Of a DNA stretch of 64,000 nt, positions 1 to 11,349 are shown one piece after another. Both the position numbers and the translations under genes were made by a program. The notes under the pieces are model-generated. The model saw nothing but the letters and a program-made list of their open reading frames with translations, was not told the origin of the DNA and searched no databases. The DNA is from Octopus sinensis (taxonomy: Eukaryota), in assembly GCF_006345805.1 (NCBI RefSeq), contig NC_042997.1, positions 147,312,001 to 147,376,000 on the forward strand, read 5' to 3'. How positions within the stretch are numbered: the stretch's first letter is position 1; each line of letters begins with the position of its first letter.

Positions 1-556
1 TGTCTCTAAACCCATTTAGAGCTGACTTATTTCCTAATATTGGGTACGACATCAACAAGCAACTTGTATCACTCAGCTTTCAAATAAAAGTGTTCCCCCG
101 TGTTATTTGTTTAGAACAATATGATTTAGACATAAATGAGTAAGCGGAGAAGAAAATAAAACATTTGCTGAATAAAAAAAAAAAACAGCAAAAAACATAC
201 GAACAAAAAACACGAGAAAACAACAGCAAAAAAATTTGGATTACACCGGTCTGTAGTTCTCATCTTTTATTTTCAGAATTATACTTCAACAAACCTATCT
301 TATACAGGAAAAAAAAAAAAAAAAAAAAAAAAAATAACAAACAGCGCAATCGTATTGGTTTTTCTGTTCACATAATGAACAATTACGAGCGCCATTTTAT
401 CACAAATATAAAAAGCTTATCAGTTGTAAGATCACATTTAGCCATTGACATTGCGCAACGCTACGCTAGTGACAGAATAGAAACCATCGACATTTAGTTT
501 CCCTCTCCAAGAACAGAAGAAACAAACTATTATTTTCTTCAAATAACGCAGTTGTG

Positions 557-595
<39 letters not shown>

Positions 596-778
596 TCTGT
601 ATATGTTTATATGTATGTTACGCATACGCACCCATATATATGCATACTTAATGCATACAAAATACATACATAATTCCTTTATCCATTCAGCTGAGACGAC
701 TTGACTGGCGTCGCGGTGGGCGTCTTCAAAACGATTCTGCCAGCGTCTGTTGCTGCTTACTTGATTAAAAAAAATGCT

Positions 779-856
779 ATCCAAGAAGTTATACCGTACC
801 CACCGCATTCTGATATAGCACCTTCAGATTAGCACCTTTTTCGGTCGCTCTCTAAT
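779..856 (+). mobile_element. mariner transposase remnant (C-terminal catalytic-region motif)
   Basis: Manual translation from 779 gives IQEVIPYPPHS-DIAPSD*HLFRSLSN, matching the mariner motif WEVLPHPPYSPDLAPSDYHLFRSL, with one missing codon and an in-frame stop. Confidence 0.55.
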
Positions 857-859
857 TGT

Positions 860-1085
860 AAAGTCAATACCACCATGACCGATATCCAAAGTACAGTGGA
901 GAAGGTTAGCCACTGGATTTGGTTAAAAAGAGACGATGAGCAATGGCTAAAGAAATGTTGAGCTTTATTTAATAACCATTTGATCTAGCAAGCGGGGCCT
1001 CATATCAGTGAGGGGAGCCGGTGCGCATTGATGCCGTCGAGAGGTAGGCCCCAAAACGGCGCGAATTCTCTCCTGATGACCCCAT
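860..1085 (+). mobile_element. 3' end of a HERO-like (RLE-type) non-LTR retrotransposon: ORF C-terminus plus structured 3' UTR
   Basis: 860-961 translates KVNTTMTDIQSTVEKVSHWIWLKRDDEQWLKKC*, resembling the AEKASxWxWLKR C-terminus I recall for HERO-clade ORFs. It is followed by a GC-rich segment with a GCCGT/ACGGC stem (1033-1060). Clade call is from memory of the motif. Confidence 0.45.
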
Positions 1086-1304
1086 ACACTTGCTGGCTTC
1101 CGGTATGCGGAGTTCTTGACTGGTAGCACTTTCATGTACGAGTTGTATGCAAGACATCAAGGCATTTCGTTCAACAACGGCGTAGAAACGAGAATGTCGA
1201 TCGATCAAATCTTTAACTCGGGGCTGTGATTTTCCGCAGTCAAGGTCTCACCAAGCATAGGGAACGTTGGCGAGAAGTCTTGAACGATGAAGGAGAGTAT
1301 AGCC

Positions 1305-1878
1305 ATTTCTTTACTACCCACAAGCGGCTAAACAGAGAGAGGACAAACAAGGACAGACAAACGGATTAAGTCTATTATATCGACCTCAGTGCGTAACTGG
1401 TACTTATTTAATCGATCCCGAATGATGGAAGGCAAAGTCAACCTCGGCGGAATTTGAACTCAGAACGTAGCGGCAAACGAAATACCTATTTCTTTACTAC
1501 CCACGAGGGGCTAAAAACAGACGGGACAAACAAGGGCAGACAAACGGATTAAGTCGATTACATCGACCCCAGTGCGTAACTGATGCTTATTTAATCGATC
1601 CCGAAAGGATGAAAGGTAAAGTCGACCTCGGCGGAATTTGAACTCAGAACGTAACGACAGACGAAATACCTATTTCTTTACTACCCACAAGGGGCTAAAC
1701 ACAGAGAGGACAAACAAAGACAGACAAACGGATTAAGTCGATTACATCGACCCCAGTGCGCAACTGGTACTTATTTAATCGACCCCGAAAGGATGACAGG
1801 CAAAGTCGACCTCGGTGGAATTTGAACTCAGAACATAACGGCAGACGAAATACCGCTCAGCATTTCGCCCAGCGTGCT
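1305..1878 (-). mobile_element. head-to-tail trimer of octopus-type tRNA-derived SINE (family 1)
   Basis: Three 183-184 bp units start at 1305, 1488 and 1672 (ATTTCTTTACTACCCAC...CTCGGCGGAATTTGAACTCAGAAC...GAAATACC). Same family as 10983-11197 and 19607-19836; B-box-like GAGTTCAAATTCC on the minus strand. Confidence 0.85.
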
Positions 1879-2149
1879 GATTTCTTTATTTGAGCATTCA
1901 GGCTCTACATAGAGGAGACGATAGACGACAGACAAAACAGCACAGTGGGGATATAAAACATAGAACGAATGAATGATTGATGAATTTTGATAATGAAAAT
2001 GAGATGGCTTTCCTTCTCCCGAATCACAGCCAGTGTCATTTAAATGCTTTTGGTTAACGTTTGTAAATCAGTTCTTTTTTCTTTTCTTTTTGCATAATTT
2101 TTTTAAACGTCATTAACAATTTTTTAAAATTTTACTTTTTTCCTCTTTT

Positions 2150-2806
2150 TTACCACATTAGGTACGGCATCAAATCTTGGAAGTCCACCACTGGTGGCAA
2201 TTCGTCAAATTGAACTCTTAATACCGCCATCTCTATCTTGTTTCCAAATAGTTCTTAGTTTTTCACCTCTCGCGCTATCAAGTAACATTGCTTTAGTGTT
2301 TTCTGAGTATTCATTCAATGTTAGTCTCACCCTAATTGCTGTTTCTATTTTTGTAATTTCCTTTTCTATTTCCACACTTTTAGTATATTTTATCATGTTC
2401 CATATATGTTTTGGTTCTTTTTCCTGTATTCCTTCTTGCTTTCCCATATTGGTTTCCTTCGATGTTGTTGGTATTGGTACTTCTTTTTTATCTGTTGGTT
2501 TTTGCAATTCCATTTGCTTTTCCATTTGGACCTCTTTCGTTGCTACTGGCATCTCCCGACATGTTTCCCTCTCACTTGGTTGTTTGTGCAGTTCCACCTG
2601 CTCCTCCATCCTGACATCCCTCGATGCTGCTGGTATCTCCTGTCTTACTTTTCTTTTCTGCAGTTTTACCACTCAATCCTGCTGGTTCCCCTCGATGTTG
2701 CTAGACTTTCTTTTCTTTCTTCTGTACTCTCTTTTCTTTTCTTTAGCGGACTCTTGGGTGGTGAGTCCGCATTTCCTTCTCTCTTTTTCTTTCTCTTTAC
2801 CACCAT
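2150..2806 (-). pseudogene. frameshifted K/E-rich ORF, probably the 5' part of a LINE ORF1 (RRM-like end)
   Basis: ATG at 2806 gives MVVKRKKKREGNADSPPKSPLKKRKE..., a frameshift joins track ORF 2205..2672, and a second shift gives IRVQFDELPPVVDFQDLMPYL, similar to the V.v..lP motif of ORF1 RRM domains. It has internal ~30-aa repeats. Homology is weak. Confidence 0.35.
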
Positions 2807-3058
2807 AAACTGTTCCTTTACATATTCTGCGGCACTTTGGATATGTGTTCACAAGCTCGTATATACTCGAGTCGTCTAAAGTCTGTGAATGAAATTTGAA
2901 ACAAAGAAACTGTGCTGAAGGTCTTGGTTATATTTTACACATAAACTTGAGTGACATGCGTTTTATTCGATACTATCCAGTTACTAGAGTTGGTATAATC
3001 GAAATATTCTCTTCTCCTTCACTTGCTGTTTTTTTTGCCAACATTTTAAACCATTAGG

Positions 3059-3262
3059 GGTAGCAGACTGGCAGAATCGTTAGAAAGCTGGGCAAAATGC
3101 TCAGCAGTATTTCTTCCGGCTTAACCTTGAGTTCTAGTTCCGCTGAGGTCAACCTTGTCTTTCACACTTTCGGGGTCGATAAAACAAGTACTATTCAAGC
3201 ACTGAGATTGACGTAATCCACTAGTCCCCTTCCACAAATGCCTGTAGTAGAAAGAATTATTA
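3059..3262 (+). mobile_element. diverged SINE family 1 copy
   Basis: CTGGCAGAATCGTTAG...GAGTTCTAGTTCCGCTGAGGTCAACCTTG...CTTTCGGGGTCGATAAAA aligns by eye to 10983-11197. Confidence 0.65.
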
Positions 3263-5505
3263 TAATTTTTGAAAACGTCGAACTGGCAGAGTCGTTAGAG
3301 CGTCGGACAAAATATGTATTTCTTCTCACTCATTACTTTCTGAGAGCAAATTATGCCCAGTCAACTTTGCCTTTTACCTCTCAGGAGGAAGGTTCAATGT
3401 ACTTGATTTGGCCCCTCCCTCTAAAATCGCTGTCATGTACCAAAATTAAAAAAATTGCTATTGTTTCGCATGACGTGGTTGAATAAATTATAGTAGGACA
3501 CCGGACAGTACTACTTTATTTAATCCACGCTCAAATTTTGCTCGGTAGACATTACTTTTTATTTTTCCGAGGTTAATAAAGTAATTGGACAAAATATAAA
3601 TACATATAAATGATACAGGAAATCAGACAACTTTAATAAAAAAAAAGTACTTTTGAATTCAGAAGACTCTTTTCGAAGACTATTGACGAATTTAAATTCA
3701 ATGAAATGTTTATTGTGGGTAATGCAGAATACGCACTGCGTAAATATAATGAACATAATTATCTTGAATTAAAAACGTCTGAAATTTTTTTACTTTGATT
3801 TTGCAAATTAAACTATACATTTGAGTGACGTTTTGTATAATGAAAAAGCATTAACTATGAATGTTTTGTGACATGTACTTCTCAGCGGCTTTACATTTTT
3901 TTGGCCTGTAACACTTGGTGTTTAAGGAAGGTCTAAAGGTGAGTCTTTAACATGAATAAATCACTGCCAATACAAAAGTCAAAATATAACACAGACATTT
4001 TTTAGTTTCACTAATCGTATTTCACATATAAAGAAATCGATATTGAAGGACACAATTGGTATTTATTACTTATTTCTCGATGCATAACTCTTAGTAAGGT
4101 CATGAAAGCAAACATTCCGTTCTATAATACCCATATAAAATATTATAAATGTCTTCAACAATGCAGTCAAGTCAATTTGGTTTTGTTGAAGTTAGATGTC
4201 CAAACATAATAGTAGCGCAGATAGTAACTTGCTGGTAAAATGCCAGGACTAATGCACGCTCCTGCTATGTTTGATACCTGTCAGTAATTCAGTGCTGCAA
4301 TTCACATAAACAGACAAGTATATTCATACAAAGCTAGGTGATCAATTCAAGCATCAACATTATTTACAGAAACCAATATTTGAACGGAAGAGTAATTATT
4401 GACAGTGATAATTAACCAAAAAATGTTATTTCAACCGGTTTACGAGTTTTAAATCTATTTGGAGAGACTATGCTTGTGTAAGCACGATTAAGTTTGTTAA
4501 GCGGGGAAGTGAGATAATGTTCTGAGGCTTACGGTTAATTGGGGAACACTTCAATAATAGATTCACGTGTTCAATATCTTTCTCATGTCATTATCGCAAC
4601 TTACACTAGACTTTAATTTTTATCTTGACCAACGACTAGCTCTGCATGACTTTTTTTTATTTGTCTATATTTATAAACTAACCGAGTGTTTTAATGACCA
4701 TAAGTAGTAGAACTAAATGTGTTTTGGAAACCACGGTACTGGAACAAGATCAAAAGCTTTGCGACCCAAACGCAAGCTGTGTGGAGACCATAGAAATAAA
4801 TCCTCTTTCATTGCAAGGAAAACTAAACCGAAATTGAAAGCCAATGATATCAATGTATGAAGCGAAGCAGAAATACAAGATCAAATCTGGTTTACTGCTG
4901 AAATGACAGTCTGATTGGATACGGTCAAAAAGTGATAAAGTAACTGCAATCGAAGTGTTGACAGAGTATTGCTTGGATACACTTAAAGATGTGTCATGTT
5001 CGGAGAGTTCGATTGTAGTAAAGAAAGTTTTAAACAAAAATCTAGTGAACGCAATGATATTATGAAACATCAATCACTGTTTCCTGCATAAATAGATCTG
5101 ACGATATTTCCTGAGTACAAAAGGGAGCAGAGGAACATTACTAATTAAGTTTAACATAAAACGAAATCAGCGGTGTATTATTCACATGTAACAGTTTACA
5201 AAACACCAACGTGAAGTGCCTCAGAGCAGAGACACATTGATTGATCTATGTTATTAAATCTATATGGTGTAGGATTCTAGCTGAAGCGATCAGTAAAACA
5301 GTAACTTAGTAACAATATTATAAAAAATGAGGTTAAAAGCAATAGAAAATGCGATGATAAAATACACTGAAAATTGATTGTAGTTGTAAAAAAACAATAA
5401 TACAAAAGAAAATACTTTTATAAAAAACAACTAGCTACTAAAGTAATTGCTATAGCATATATACATTTTACACTGCTGACCTGATGCTTTAACAGATATC
5501 AAAGA

Positions 5506-5674
<169 letters not shown>

Positions 5675-6107
5675 CACGAACACGCTATCTTAAAAACAGA
5701 CTATTTGGCATTCACAATGGGTTTTGTATATGATTATATAATCTATCTAGTTATCATTCTATCTATCTGTCTATTTATCTAGCTATCTGTCTGTTTGTAC
5801 ATATGTATTAAACAGCAACAGTTGAATCGCATATCATATTGCTAGCTTTAGAAACCCATCAATATAGCGAGGTTTGGCGATAAATACTCTGAGGTCTCAA
5901 AAAATAAACTACGAAAGAATAGACGGAACGAATCTATAAGCTGAAATAGTTCCAATAGTTAATTGGTTACCAAGCAGATGCTACTGTACAGACCAATCCA
6001 ATCTCTGTAGATGGGATCGAAACCTCTCTTGGGTACAACTAGATCAAGTAACGACGATTTAGCTAGTTGAAAGTTTTCGATAGGTCTAAATTGAGGTGAC
6101 CGCTAAT

Positions 6108-6281
6108 AAAGTCACAGTAATAAAGTCAATTTTTGCGAGGAAAAAGTCACAATTTATGGGATCCGGACAAAATCCCCCTAAGACAAACCCCCCTCGGGCA
6201 CCCCGCCCCCGGACAAAACCCCTGTGACTTTCTTACCGTGACATTTTCCCCTGTGACATTTTTACCTGTGACTTTTTTTCT
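6108..6281. repeat. small foldback/MITE-like element with AAAGTCACA / TGTGACTTT subterminal repeats
   Basis: Left side has AAAGTCACAG (6108) and AAAAAGTCACAA (6141). The centre has GGACAAAATCCCCC-type repeats. The right side has four inverted (C)TGTGAC(A/T)TTT copies (6222-6280). Confidence 0.5.
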
Positions 6282-7808
6282 GCATTCAAATAGATTGGAA
6301 TCGCAATGAAACTGGATTTTGTCAGTCCATGATGAAACGCATCAAGTGTAGATTTCTGTGAACTGATAACACTAACAACTACAATAACGTCTTAGATTGC
6401 TCCTTTATTAAAATCTTAACTTATGTATTTTGCAAATTTATCAGCTGGATATTATAGGTAGCTTATACTGTTTGCGTCCTTCCTCAGAAGTGTCATTACT
6501 CGCCGTTTAAATGAAAATTATCCCGTCTGCTGTCAGTGATGATAGATATATGCCAAAACATCTTCGAACAGTTTTCACTTCTGCGTATAATTCGTGGAGT
6601 ATATCATCAAAATCAAGTGATTTGCGTATGGAAGATCCACTCACGGTCAGTTATTAGCATTTTGTAATAAACATAATTCTTTGCTAAGAACCGAAGCAGT
6701 CCATGAAAATGAAAGTAGGTATGAAAGTCTATCTCTGTCTCTGGACAGCCACTCGTCCTGAACAGTTGATCATAATGGCACAAAAAACGGCACAATTGGA
6801 AAAGTATAGGATGCGCTCTTCGTGGTCCATCATTGACCGAGAGTTACTTTTGTCGTCATACCTCACATTGCCATCCTATCCCATCAGATCACATATATTC
6901 CTTCGTGACAAAGTGCAGTTGCTTTAACCCGCATACCACAGTTCGTGTCACGAGTTGAACAAAAGATTTAGCGCCATTCTCACACTCCATTAGCACATTT
7001 GTAGTGCTGCTAATCGGTCTAAGCGTGAAAATCGTAACTGCACAGTAATGCATGCGCCAACCCTCCTCGTGACACACGAAGAAACAAACGAATAAAGCGA
7101 GTCCTACAGACTGTACCATGAAACAGCCACTCTACCGATGCCATTTGTTACCTTTCTACAACTCTTCTAATATATTATTCTGAGAAATCAAGCTATGTAC
7201 CACTTTATCTAAACCTGTTTTATTTACTTATCTGTCTTGGGATTCTTCATCGACCCAGAAAAAATATACTTGGCCATTCGAAGACTTCTAAAAGTGAAAC
7301 TTCGCAAAATGAAACTTTATTGTTTGAAAACAAGAGCATACATTAAAAACACTTTGGAAAGGGATGGTCATGGCTAAAATGCCTTCAGCCAGAGAGAACA
7401 GTAGCAAATATATATTTAGATGATAGTCCTCGGAACTGCAGTTCTCTGCAGTTTCTCATTTTAGCAAGCATGTGTTTAGTAAAAAGCGCTAACATTTAGG
7501 TGTTCAAGCCGTATAGCAATCATACCAACCTCACTAAAAGTGGTATGGTCTTGTCTTGGATTATACTATTTATCTTTTGTGTCAGTCAGTGGACTTCGGT
7601 CATGATGGGTCATCGTCTTGAAGATTTAATCGAATAAATCGACAGCAGTACTTCTTTTTTTTCAAGTTTTGTACTTAATCTATCAGAGACTTAGTCCGAA
7701 CTATTAAGTTATAGATGTGTAAGCAAGCCAGCAGAAGCTGATAACTGATATGGTAGACAAGACCGAAACACAGAGACAAAAATATAGATATATAAATAAG
7801 ATACACTC

Positions 7809-7857
<49 letters not shown>

Positions 7858-7971
7858 GTAAAAAGTGAAAAAACTACAGAAGGCTTGTTTTAAAAGGTTA
7901 AAAGATATATATTTGAGTCATTATGTCACAAGAATGTTATAAACTTTTTTCATACAATGACATAGTTTTTG

Positions 7972-8011
7972 AAGAAATGACCGGTTTCGCGTTCAGCTTT
8001 TCAAATTTCTT
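7972..8011 (-). ncRNA. minimal type I hammerhead ribozyme motif (U3-A8 core variant), left pLTR copy
   Basis: Reverse complement reads AAGAAAT-TTGAAAA-GC-TGAAC-GC-GAAA-CCGG-TC-ATTTCTT. Confidence 0.65.
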
Positions 8012-8162
8012 ACATCGTTATGTTTTCGTTGAGAAGTGTAAAGAGTTCCAGGTAAGGGGAGGTAATAAGTGATTTCTTCCGGTGTAAGGGAGATAATCGC
8101 TTAATATTTCTTGTATTTTTTGGGGGGTGAGTTTCTCTGTATAAGAATGTTGGAGTGGTTAA

Positions 8163-9434
8163 GTGGAAATAATAATTTACCAGGAATCTTTATCAATCTT
8201 TGGAAACCCCCTCTCTCAATACATAAAAAAAAATTTGAAACAATTCCTGGACGATTGTTTTATACTCTGGAATGAAAACACAGATAAACTCCTAAAATTC
8301 AAAAACCTATTGAACAGCATAAACCCAAATATACAGTTCACAATGGAATACAACCAAAAGGAGCTCCCATTCTTGGATATACTAATTAAAAAAATTAACC
8401 TTAAAATAGAAACAGACATTTTTTACAAAGCCACAGACGCCAAACAATACCTACTTTTTGATTCACGCCACCCAAGACACACTAAAACAAACATCCCCTT
8501 CAACCTTGCAAGAAGGATATGCACAATAGTGTCAGAACAAAATACCAGGAACTTTAGACTGCAAGAACTCAAAAACACCCTAATTGGCGGACATTACCCA
8601 GCTCAACTCATAGAGGATGGGATCAGACGTGCAACAGAAATCGACATAGAAACTTTGAGAAAAGTTCAACACAACAACACACCTTCCCCGAAAATACTAC
8701 CTTACATATCCACATACAACCCCAGAAACAAAGAAGCCTTCACCATCATCACCCAGAATTTACCAATAATTCATAAGGACCCCAAATTAAAGGAAATTCT
8801 AAACATACACAAAATCATTAAAAGCTACAAACAACCTAAATCACTTAAAAAGATTCTCACAAAGGCAAAATTGTTTTCTGAAATTACGGATGCAAAAGTA
8901 AAAAAATGTGGTAGACCGAACTGTGCAACATGTCCAAACATGCTAGAAGGATCAGAATTCCTCTTCAAAGAGGGACAGAAATTCAAGATCAAATCTAATT
9001 TTACTTGTGCCTCAGAAAACATAATTTATGTCATAAGATGCTCGGGCTGCCACCAAAACTACGTGGGGTCCACGGGACTATCACTCAGATGTAGATGCAC
9101 ACTGCATCGACAACAGATTGCATTCCCAGAATACAGAATGATACCCTTTAGTGAGCACATTGAGAAATGCGCAAAGCAACTACTACCACAATTTTTAATC
9201 TTTCCATTTTACCAATGTGCTATCGGAACACCAACACAAATTAGACTAAACAAGGAAACATTCTTCATTGAAAAATATAAGCCCAATCTTAACCACTCCA
9301 ACATTCTTATACAGAGAAACTCACCCCAAAAAAGACAAGAAATATTAAGCGATTATCTCTTTTACACCGGAAGAAATCACTTATTACCTCCCCTTACCTG
9401 GAACTCTTCTTTACACTTCTCAACGAAAACATAA
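8163..9434 (+). CDS. truncated PLE ORF: RT C-terminal half (QFLDDCF), Cys-rich linker, GIY-YIG endonuclease
   Basis: RT FLDD motif; thumb (LPFLDILI...TDIFYKATD...YL.FDSRHP); CGRPNCATC linker typical of the Neptune group; NIIYVIRCSGCHQNYVGST GIY-YIG. The start codon is an artefact of the inversion junction. Confidence 0.9.
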   Translation: MEIIIYQESLSIFGNPLSQYIKKNLKQFLDDCFILWNENTDKLLKFKNLLNSINPNIQFTMEYNQKELPFLDILIKKINLKIETDIFYKATDAKQYLLFDSRHPRHTKTNIPFNLARRICTIVSEQNTRNFRLQELKNTLIGGHYPAQLIEDGIRRATEIDIETLRKVQHNNTPSPKILPYISTYNPRNKEAFTIITQNLPIIHKDPKLKEILNIHKIIKSYKQPKSLKKILTKAKLFSEITDAKVKKCGRPNCATCPNMLEGSEFLFKEGQKFKIKSNFTCASENIIYVIRCSGCHQNYVGSTGLSLRCRCTLHRQQIAFPEYRMIPFSEHIEKCAKQLLPQFLIFPFYQCAIGTPTQIRLNKETFFIEKYKPNLNHSNILIQRNSPQKRQEILSDYLFYTGRNHLLPPLTWNSSLHFSTKT

Positions 9435-9440
9435 CGATGT

Positions 9441-9480
9441 AAGAAATTTGAAAAGCTGAACGCGAAACCGGTCATTTCTT
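9441..9480 (+). ncRNA. minimal type I hammerhead ribozyme motif (U3-A8 core variant), right pLTR copy
   Basis: Stem I AAGAAAT/ATTTCTT (7 bp), core TTGAAAA, 2-bp stem II, GAAA, palindromic ACCGGT stem III, GUC cleavage triplet. Confidence 0.65.
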
Positions 9481-9654
9481 CAAGAACTATGTCATTGTAT
9501 GAAAAAAATTTATAACATTCTTCTGACATAATGACTCAAATATATATTTTTTAATCTTTTAAAACAAGCCTTCTGTAGTTTTTTCACTTTTTCCTATTTT
9601 CTATATATTCAACCACGTGCTTTCACACACCAACTTTTTCACCTATATATATAT

Positions 9655-9688
<34 letters not shown>

Positions 9689-9905
9689 ATATATATATAT
9701 AATATATATATATATATATAGACACATCTAGAAGAGAAGTACTTCGTTTGTTTTTTTTACTTAGCAAAAAATCTTCTGATGACTGCTGGGGTGTATTTTT
9801 TATAATGGTATCTTGTAGCTCAGCGATTTTATTACATTGGAGTATTTATTCAGGATATTATGGGTTGGAAGGCGTTGTTTTATTTTTTAATCTACCCTAC
9901 ACACA

Positions 9906-9945
<40 letters not shown>

Positions 9946-9972
9946 ATATATATATATGTATGCATGTATATA

Positions 9973-10880
9973 GATAAAACTTACTTGGAAAAGGATGCGT
10001 GGCGTTCGATCATATAATAATACAAATAATATATAAATATATGCATATATACATACATATATGTACAAATAAGTTTTATCTTAATAATTACGATGTGTAC
10101 TCTTCTATCTTTGCTATCTTTTCTCTGTCTGTCTGTCTGTCTCTCTCCCTCTCTTGTTCTTCATCCTTTCTGGTTTTTTCTTCCACCCTTCCCTAGTCTT
10201 CTCCTCTCCTCTTCACCATTTCCTCTCACTCCTCCTCCTCGACTCTCTCGTCGATGACACGTTACAAAACAGAATCTATATTTCTGACTACTACCTTCGT
10301 GAAAACAACAACGTGCTTATACTGTCTCCTTCATAAGCTCTTCCTCCTAGCGTTCATAATTTTTCTATCGTCTTGGCTTAACAGCCCTCAATGTTTATTT
10401 TTACTGTTTTGTTCTCACTGTCCTGTTCTTGTTACCACATTCACCCTCCGCAAAAAATACCAAATTTTATTTAATTTGCTTTGCGGGAAGGACTGTTTCA
10501 ACGAACTCGCGTCTTGTCCTTACCTTCGAAATGCGAAGTAGCTGAAACAGGGACAACTGAAGAAGGGGAATATTCTTTATGCTGTCTGTCTCCTTTCTCT
10601 CTTTGTTTTTTTCGTTGTTCGAAAAAAGTTAGTTTCTATGTTTTTGTTCTTGTTTTCGTTCCTCATTGTGTTCAACGTTTTTTTGATGTTCTGTACCCGT
10701 ATATGCATGTATATATACATATATATGTAGGTATGTACATGTATGTATGTATATATACATATATTTATATATTATTTATATTATGTATGTATATAGTTGT
10801 TTTAATTATTTGCTATGTGTTTTTTTGTAAACATGTATTTTGTCTTAAAGTTAATTTGATTTCTATAAAGTGTTCGTTAC
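9973..10880 (+). mobile_element. non-coding repeat family A (PLE pLTR-like) with short inverted leader
   Basis: Shares long blocks with 50206-50620 in opposite orientation. The 9973-10068 leader is inverted relative to the body (GATAAAACTTA at 9973 vs TAAGTTTTATC at 10070). PLE affiliation is inferred from architecture. Confidence 0.45.
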
Positions 10881-10982
10881 ATTCATGATTACATGCATAA
10901 TGCTTTTGTTCCTCTTGTCTATTTCTTTATTATCATTATGTTTTTAGTCGAGTACTGCTTGTTCGAATATCTTGTTGAGTAA

Positions 10983-11197
10983 GGCGGCGAGCTGGCAGAA
11001 ATGTTAGCACGCCGGGCGAAATGCTTAGCGGCATTTCGTCTGTCTTTATGTTCTGAGTTCAAATTCCGCCGAGTCGACTTTGTCTTTCATCCTTTCGGGA
11101 TCGATAAATTAAGTACCAGTTGCGTACTGGGGTCGATCTAATCGACTGGTCTCCTCCCCTAAAATTTCGGGCCTTGTACCTAGAAGAGAAAAGAACT
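10983..11197 (+). mobile_element. tRNA-derived SINE family 1, near full length
   Basis: Head GGCGGCGAGCTGGCAGAAATGTTAG (A-box-like) and GAGTTCAAATTCC (B-box-like). Confidence 0.85.
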
Positions 11198-11232
11198 GTC
11201 ATAACCGGAGGGCGCCATATACATTCATTACG

Positions 11233-11349
11233 AAGTTGACCTCGGCGGAATTTGAACTCAAGACGAATTTGAACGCCAGACGAAATACCGCTAAGTATTT
11301 CGCCCTGCCTAGGCACAATGCTCGAAAACGATTTTGCCAGCTCGCCGCC
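11233..11349 (-). mobile_element. SINE family 1, 5' half, tail-to-tail with previous copy
   Basis: GACCTCGGCGGAATTTGAACTC...GCCAGCTCGCCGCC is the reverse complement of the family head. Confidence 0.75.

Larger units (their letters stand above)
7852..9600 (+). mobile_element. 5'-truncated Penelope-like element (Neptune-type) with ~312-bp inverted pseudo-LTRs
   Basis: 7852-8163 is the reverse complement of 9288-9600. The left end abuts (TA)n directly; the right end is ~45 bp from one. Inverted pLTR structure is established for PLEs. Confidence 0.9.

Noticed and set aside
1073-1079. CTGATGA after the HERO-like UTR as a hammerhead core
   Set aside because: No correctly placed GAAA, stem III or UH site in either permutation.
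2194-2879. Plus-strand 204-aa and 157-aa hydrophobic ORFs
   Set aside because: Antisense shadows of the purine-rich minus-strand K/E-rich ORF.
3886-3938. Candidate 53-nt exon (CTCAG| ... AAG|GTGAGT)
   Set aside because: Good splice words, but stops in all three frames and no supporting neighbouring exons; could only be UTR or lncRNA, untestable here.
4750-5073. 107-aa ORF and neighbouring non-repetitive ORFs (6613-7119, 22117-22413, 39795-40608, 50921-51142)
   Set aside because: No recognisable domain, no splice-supported exon chain, and lengths expected by chance.
9776-9835. CTGATGA...GCTG/CAGC-GATT as a hammerhead
   Set aside because: GAAA is replaced by GATT and stems I and III are missing; at best a decayed relic.
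10505-10575. Hammerhead in repeat family A (GTC-TTGTCCTT...AGGGACAA-CTGAAGA; also 50455-50500 minus)
   Set aside because: A stem I-like pairing and GUC are present, but no GAAA/stem III can be placed to complete the core in either copy.
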